In this document: positions 59,249-64,000 of the stretch, piece by piece
Position numbering within the stretch: the stretch's first letter is position 1
How the letters are laid out: each line of letters begins with the position of its first letter
Source: Saprospiraceae bacterium
GTDB taxonomy: Bacteria > Bacteroidota > Bacteroidia > Chitinophagales > Saprospiraceae
Length of the DNA: 64,000 bases
Assembly (NCBI GenBank): GCA_050298535.1
Contig: JBNKUI010000039.1
Coordinates: 51,083-115,082 of the forward strand
Direction: 5' to 3'
Notes under the pieces: generated by a model
Told to the model about the DNA's origin: nothing
What the model saw: only the letters and a program-made list of their open reading frames with translations
Databases searched by the model: none
Position numbers and translations under genes: made by a program

Positions 59249-59713
59249 ATGCGTGTATTTCGCATTTGCAAAGAAAAATATGGTACAGATTTATCAGGTA
59301 CCGGAGCGCGCCTTGCCGGAGGTCGCTGGAATAGTAAGGGTGTACCGTTAGTTTACTCTTCAACCACCAGAGCGCTTGCTGCTTTGGAAGTGGCCGTCCA
59401 TTTACCCCTGGGATTAAAACCTGTCGGATATGTCATTGTAACCATCGAGATTTCTGAAAAAAGTAAAGTCCAGGAAATTAATCACAAGATTCTTCCTGAC
59501 AATTGGAGTCAGATACCTCCCTCAAGATCGACACAGATCATTGGAGATTCTTTTTATTATGAGCAAGAATCTCTATTACTAAGGGTGCCTTCTGCCATCA
59601 TTCAGGGTGAATTTAATTTTCTTATTAATCCTTCTTTTCATTCCTTTCAAGATCATGTCCAGGTTTTAAATGTTGAACCTTTTTCTTTTGATACGCGGCT
59701 TTTTACTAAGTAG
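59249..59713 (+). CDS. RES domain toxin (MbcT/ParT-type NAD+-targeting enzyme family)
   Basis: 154 aa. GGRWNSKGVPLVYSSTTRALAALEV (R and E of the RES signature) and later LLRVPSAI (S). Confidence 0.88.
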   Translation: MRVFRICKEKYGTDLSGTGARLAGGRWNSKGVPLVYSSTTRALAALEVAVHLPLGLKPVGYVIVTIEISEKSKVQEINHKILPDNWSQIPPSRSTQIIGDSFYYEQESLLLRVPSAIIQGEFNFLINPSFHSFQDHVQVLNVEPFSFDTRLFTK

Positions 59714-59915
59714 ATTTCTTAGTGATTTTTATTTGCTCGCGCATACCCCAGGCCTCTCTGGAATCTGAAGCCCTGAGGACGAAGGATGCCTGTTTATCGC
59801 GCTAATCGAAGCCGCGCAAAGGTTAGTCGCTACGCTTCTAAACCGGGGAGCCCAGCCCACATGAATTTCAGATCACGCCTTCTCCTATTAAGCTGTCAAT
59901 GCAATATTGGTATCT

Positions 59916-59948
59916 ACACACCAGACACCCCCACACCCCACACCAAAA
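59916..59948. repeat. C/A-only low-complexity tract
   Basis: acacaccagacacccccacaccccacaccaaaa: 33 nt with a single G and no T. G-rich on the minus strand. Confidence 0.5.
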
Positions 59949-59976
59949 TAAATGGAGACGAAATATCTATAAAATT

Positions 59977-60008
59977 CCCGGCACCCGGCACCCGGTACCA
60001 GGCACCAG
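59977..60008. repeat. Degenerate heptamer tandem repeat (CCCGGCA)x~4.5
   Basis: cccggca cccggca cccggta ccaggca ccag, read directly from the sequence. Confidence 0.6.
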
Positions 60009-60055
60009 AATAAACAGAGATGTAATATTTTTTAAAACCCCCTCACCGTAATAAA

Positions 60056-61669
60056 TCAATTCCCTCGCCCTCGAATAGCCAATAAATATTTCTCTAGTTC
60101 GGCTTTAACTTTCGGAAATAGAAATAAAAGTCCAATCATATTGGGAAAAACAAGCGCCAAAATCATAGCATCCGAAAATCGGATAACCGCATCCATCGTG
60201 ACTGCAGAGCCCAAAACCGTAAAGAGAAGAAATAATACTTTGAAGGTCAGATCGGCACCTTTGCTTTTTCCAAAGAGATATTTCCAGGCCTGTAAGCCAT
60301 AATATGACCACGATAGCATGGTCGAAATGGCAAACAGGATCACAGCGATGGCTAAGACATAGGAAAAACCTGGTATTGCGCTGTCAAAGGCCATCGATGT
60401 CAGGTTTACACCTCCAATACGGTCCTCGGTGCCGATCAGTAGTGCTTCATTATTGACCACATCTCCGTACTCGAAAACTCCGGGTACATTGAAGATAATG
60501 ATCACTAATGCGGTCATCGTACAGATGACGACGGTATCAATGAAGGGTTCCAGTAAGGCCACGAGACCTTCTGAGGCCGGAAATTTGGTATTGACGGCAG
60601 AGTGCGCAATAGCGGCTGAGCCGGCACCCGCTTCGTTTGAAAAGGCGGCGCGACGGAAACCCTGTATCATCACACCAATAATTCCTCCGGTAAGGGTAGC
60701 TCTAGGCATAAAAGCTTCGGTGATAATTAGTGAAAGGGCATCATCTACAAAGGATAGGTTGGAGAGAATAATAAAAAGAGCAGCGCCTATATACAGCACC
60801 GCCATGATGGGTACCACTTTTTCGGTAACGGTAGCGATCCGCTTGATACCTCCGATGATGACAATACCCACTATGATGGCGAAGATAATTCCCAGTATAG
60901 TGCCCGATGCAGAACCACTCACACCAAATCGTCCAATGATCTGGGCAGCGGCTTGATTAGATTGAAAGGCATTGCCGCCTCCGAGCGATGCACCTACACA
61001 TAAGATCGCGAATGTGACTGCAAGTATTTTTCCTAGCCCACCTTTTCCATCTTCCTTTAGACCTTTGGAAAGATAGTACATGGGGCCCCCATAGACCCGG
61101 CCGTCGCTATCAATATCGCGGTATTTCACACCGAGCGTACATTCCACAAATTTTGACGACATACCCAGCAATCCGGCAATAATCATCCAGAATGTAGCAC
61201 CCGGACCACCGATGGTGATTGCTACCGCTACCATCGCTATATTCCCGAGCCCTACAGTTCCGGAGACCGCAGTAGCCAGTGCCTGGAAGTGATTGACTTC
61301 GCCATGATGACTCTCATCTTTTATCGTGTCGACTATATCACCCTCTTGCACAGCGACCGTATCAGTGGTCACAGGAGTGATTGATTCCAGATCATCGTAC
61401 TTCCCCCTCACTATCCCTATCGAAAGAGGAAACTTGCGAATATTTACAAACGAGAAATAGAGAGTAAAGAAAAGTGCACCTCCAATGAGCAGGATAAGAA
61501 TAAGGGGTATATCCTGTCCCCCTATCGGAATGGTAGTAAAAATGAGATTTTCCCACCACACAGCTACGGGCATGAATCCATCATTTATTCTTTCGTCTAA
61601 ACCTTGTGCTGAGGAGGTGACAAAGGGTAGAATAAAAGCAAGCATCAGTAGGTAACGTCTCTTTTGCAT
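60056..61669 (-). CDS. Alanine/glycine:cation symporter (AGCS family)
   Basis: 537 aa. GGPGATFWMIIAGLLGMSSKFVECTLGVKYR and AFSNEAGAGSAAIAHSA. Confidence 0.92.
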   Translation of the reverse strand: MQKRRYLLMLAFILPFVTSSAQGLDERINDGFMPVAVWWENLIFTTIPIGGQDIPLILILLIGGALFFTLYFSFVNIRKFPLSIGIVRGKYDDLESITPVTTDTVAVQEGDIVDTIKDESHHGEVNHFQALATAVSGTVGLGNIAMVAVAITIGGPGATFWMIIAGLLGMSSKFVECTLGVKYRDIDSDGRVYGGPMYYLSKGLKEDGKGGLGKILAVTFAILCVGASLGGGNAFQSNQAAAQIIGRFGVSGSASGTILGIIFAIIVGIVIIGGIKRIATVTEKVVPIMAVLYIGAALFIILSNLSFVDDALSLIITEAFMPRATLTGGIIGVMIQGFRRAAFSNEAGAGSAAIAHSAVNTKFPASEGLVALLEPFIDTVVICTMTALVIIIFNVPGVFEYGDVVNNEALLIGTEDRIGGVNLTSMAFDSAIPGFSYVLAIAVILFAISTMLSWSYYGLQAWKYLFGKSKGADLTFKVLFLLFTVLGSAVTMDAVIRFSDAMILALVFPNMIGLLFLFPKVKAELEKYLLAIRGRGN

Positions 61670-61814
61670 CTGGGTTGTGATTTGATTTTACCCTCAAAAT
61701 GCTGGGAGATCTTTTCTGCTTCGGTATTTGTCTGAACAAAGATTGAATTGTCTGCTCCTGCATGTACTGACAAAGAAGTGAGCTTGGATTTGTCAGTAAG
61801 TTAGGCTTTGATTA

Positions 61815-63014
61815 CTAGGGTGTTATGTGGATGTTTCCTTTAGGAAGTCGTAGCCGGATTTTTCGATCCCGGTCCTGTGACCATTCGAATAAGGCGTCCT
61901 TCAGTGGTTCTTCATGTTGGTTTCGGGTCCAGTTTCCTTTCCCAAATAGTCCATCCAGCAAAGCGTGGATCAATCTTTTTATTTGATTATAATCCTGGAT
62001 ATCATACGTCCGGTTGCGTACTGAATTTTTCGGTTTTACTTCCAGCCATCCATGAGCGTCACTTTTTCTTTTATCAACAAAACTTGTCAGTAAGTCATAA
62101 AGCGCGGGTGTAAGGTGTACCGATCGCTGCCCATCTCCGGGAAGTCCTTCGATATATGCTATATGAGAAAATTTTCCATCATCGTGTCGGGTTCTGGAAA
62201 GTGAAAGTGAAAGCAATTCAGCGGGTGGAATGACATTTTCCATCAATTCTTTCACCCAACTAAGGGCCAGGGCAAAAAATATCATGATAAGAGCGCTTTT
62301 GAAGATCGCGGAAAAAAGCAAGGCTTCTGTCGGTGAATTGCTGAGTTTGAAGACCTGCGCTACGAATGTGATCATGATAAAAATGAGGGAAAGCCAGGCT
62401 AAGATTTTTAACCGTCTTTTTTCAAAGGAAGTCCATAATGTATATCCTAAAAAAGCCAGCGTGAGGATGGCATAATAAACATCCAGTTCGCTAATGAGAC
62501 TGGGTTGACTGGCCAGGAACAATTTTCGAAAAGTGGGCAGGAGCGAGAATAAAAAAGGAAGTCCACAGATATAGATCCAGTATTTGGACTTAATTATGGG
62601 CTCCAGTTTTTTAGGAATATAGCGAAACCAGCTTAGAGCCAGCAAGATGAAAAAACTGTTAAACAGAGAAAAAATACTGCGCCATCCCGAGAGTTGATAT
62701 TTGAGTTGATCCGTTTGTTTAAGCCATGATGCGGCCGACAACGTGCCCTCCTTCCATGCCGCCATAGCGTTAGGAACGACGGCATTTATTTTTGAGGAAT
62801 AATATAATTCGACCGCGCCGGAAAGACTCCAGCAGAGTACCGAGAGAGCCAGCCATACCTGCCCAAAGTCTTGTTGCTTTCGGCCAAGATGCCACCAGAT
62901 GGCCATCAGCGCTATAAATGAAAACAAGCAAACAGCCATCTGCCACCATCCATAGAATGGTATCAATACTTGCTCATTCAATGAAATTAGTACTTGTTGG
63001 TCGAGTGACAACAT
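61815..63014 (-). CDS. Hypothetical polytopic membrane protein with ~130-aa soluble C-terminal domain (possibly winged-helix-like)
   Basis: 399 aa. About 6-7 hydrophobic segments over residues 20-270, then a hydrophilic tail with HLTPALYDLLTSFVDKRK...IKRLIHALLDGL...RKIRLRLPKGNIHI. Confidence 0.55.
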   Translation of the reverse strand: MLSLDQQVLISLNEQVLIPFYGWWQMAVCLFSFIALMAIWWHLGRKQQDFGQVWLALSVLCWSLSGAVELYYSSKINAVVPNAMAAWKEGTLSAASWLKQTDQLKYQLSGWRSIFSLFNSFFILLALSWFRYIPKKLEPIIKSKYWIYICGLPFLFSLLPTFRKLFLASQPSLISELDVYYAILTLAFLGYTLWTSFEKRRLKILAWLSLIFIMITFVAQVFKLSNSPTEALLFSAIFKSALIMIFFALALSWVKELMENVIPPAELLSLSLSRTRHDDGKFSHIAYIEGLPGDGQRSVHLTPALYDLLTSFVDKRKSDAHGWLEVKPKNSVRNRTYDIQDYNQIKRLIHALLDGLFGKGNWTRNQHEEPLKDALFEWSQDRDRKIRLRLPKGNIHITP

Positions 63015-63098
63015 ACCGTGAAAGTACTGATTTCACAGATTATCAACAGACTATCTGGATGAGATCACATCATCGAAAAACCGATAACCTTTGAGGAT

Positions 63099-64000
63099 TT
63101 AATTTCCTCCCAGGATGCGAGAAGCATTGTCAAGATAGACTTTCTTCAGCACCTGATCACTCAGCCCATAGCCATGGAGGGGCCAATGGTAATTGCTGAT
63201 TGAGGAATAAAAATGCTCATCCACCGACTCCATGATTCGAAAAGTCGCCTGGTACATTTCCAAATCGGTTCCCATGTCTGTCCCATAGAGCAAGCGATCC
63301 TGATAATTTTCGAAAAATCGATGGACTGTGCGAGGGATCGGTGCCGTTTCACCAAATCGAGCGCCAATATCCGCATACAAATTAGGATACTGATCAAACA
63401 AGGTCCCTAGAATGCTCAGATCATAGCTACAGTTAGCATAATGGCAGGCTATGAAGGTCGTATTAGGGTGTGCTTTGACAGCATTTTCCAGCGTTTCGAT
63501 CATTTCTCCATGCGTCTTTATCCCCTCTTGATTATCGAGTCGCCATTTATAGGCATTCATCAATCCATCATTGGACGCGTCCATGGGCAGGTACATCCAA
63601 ATGGGCTCCGCTACATGGATACTGATGGGAATACCCAATGCACCACAACGATCCAATACGGGCTTCATCCGGGGATCATCCACGTGCATGCCATAGGCTG
63701 GCGTGGGCCTGGAATAGAACAAGCCTTTCCCTTTGTCACCCAGTTCTCCAACGCCTCTGGCCCCTTTGGCCGCACATCTTTCTAACTCAGCAATAGCTCG
63801 GGTACTCCAACCCGGGGATTCATATCCTGTGTAATCGATCCCGCAAAATATAATGAATCGATCACCATATGAGGAGTACAAATCATACAGTGAATCGAAC
63901 CGCATCCCGGTGGCATAGGTCATCACAACGGTCTGAGCGATGCCCGCTTCATCCATAGTCTCCACCCAGGCATCAATTTCCTCCCTGGATGCAGCATACG
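63099..64000 (-). CDS. Amidohydrolase-2 / TIM-barrel metal-dependent hydrolase family protein (5' end probably outside the window)
   Basis: The frame stays open from the GTG at 63965 to the window edge (..YAASREEIDAWVETMDEAGIAQ). ISIHV, FIACHYAN and LLYGTDM are typical amidohydrolase motifs. Confidence 0.7.
   Translation of the reverse strand, partial: YAASREEIDAWVETMDEAGIAQTVVMTYATGMRFDSLYDLYSSYGDRFIIFCGIDYTGYESPGWSTRAIAELERCAAKGARGVGELGDKGKGLFYSRPTPAYGMHVDDPRMKPVLDRCGALGIPISIHVAEPIWMYLPMDASNDGLMNAYKWRLDNQEGIKTHGEMIETLENAVKAHPNTTFIACHYANCSYDLSILGTLFDQYPNLYADIGARFGETAPIPRTVHRFFENYQDRLLYGTDMGTDLEMYQATFRIMESVDEHFYSSISNYHWPLHGYGLSDQVLKKVYLDNASRILGGN

Noticed and set aside
59786-60013. 75-aa ORF in the GC-rich spacer after the RES gene.
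   Set aside because: Its low-complexity translation (PDTPTPHTK, PAPGTRYQAPE) is produced by the C/A tract and the heptamer repeat. It has no start context. I treat it as non-coding and report the region as a finding instead.
60429-60956. 175-aa ORF antisense to the AGCS transporter gene.
   Set aside because: It is the shadow frame of a strongly hydrophobic membrane gene, with no motifs, start context or promoter.

Overview
This 64 kb window is a chromosomal segment from a Bacteroidota-type genome, roughly 43-45% GC by eye. Three lines of evidence support the phylum. Three proteins plus one relic carry C-terminal type IX secretion (T9SS) sorting domains. The Bacteroidota -7 promoter box TAnnTTTG recurs 25-35 nt upstream of start codons. 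ProRS and GlyRS have Bacteroidota-style architectures.

About 60 protein genes are densely packed and most are housekeeping:
- translation and DNA: proS, glyQS, prfC, rpsT, tsaE, gyrB, hup, radC
- Fe-S assembly: iscS-iscU-iscA
- metabolism: meaB, thiolase, enoyl-CoA hydratase, a cystathionine lyase/synthase family enzyme, an alanine dehydrogenase family protein
- other: bcp, tag, and several peptidases (M23, M48, S8, S9, CPBP)

I could not recognise any rRNA, tRNA, CRISPR array, transposase or integrase.

The accessory or unusual content is:
- two type II toxin-antitoxin pairs (a DUF6364-like antitoxin with a PIN toxin, and Xre/DUF2384 with RES)
- a GC-rich, repeat-laden convergent spacer next to the RES module
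- a PLP decarboxylase translationally coupled to a Rof (Rho-inhibitor) homolog, followed by a Big_2/DM13 lipoprotein and an outer-membrane barrel, divergent from a LytS/LytTR two-component pair
- an AlkD-like alkylation repair gene split by a single in-frame TGA inside a small alkylation-repair cluster
- large T9SS cargo proteins: a 1330-aa Cys-rich multi-module protein, a cytochrome c plus PHM-like copper monooxygenase fusion, and a protein with four PPC-like repeats
- a decayed T9SS C-terminal-domain relic
- a multi-TM protein with a possible C-terminal winged-helix domain upstream of an alanine/glycine symporter

All family assignments come from motif recognition by eye. No database search was run.
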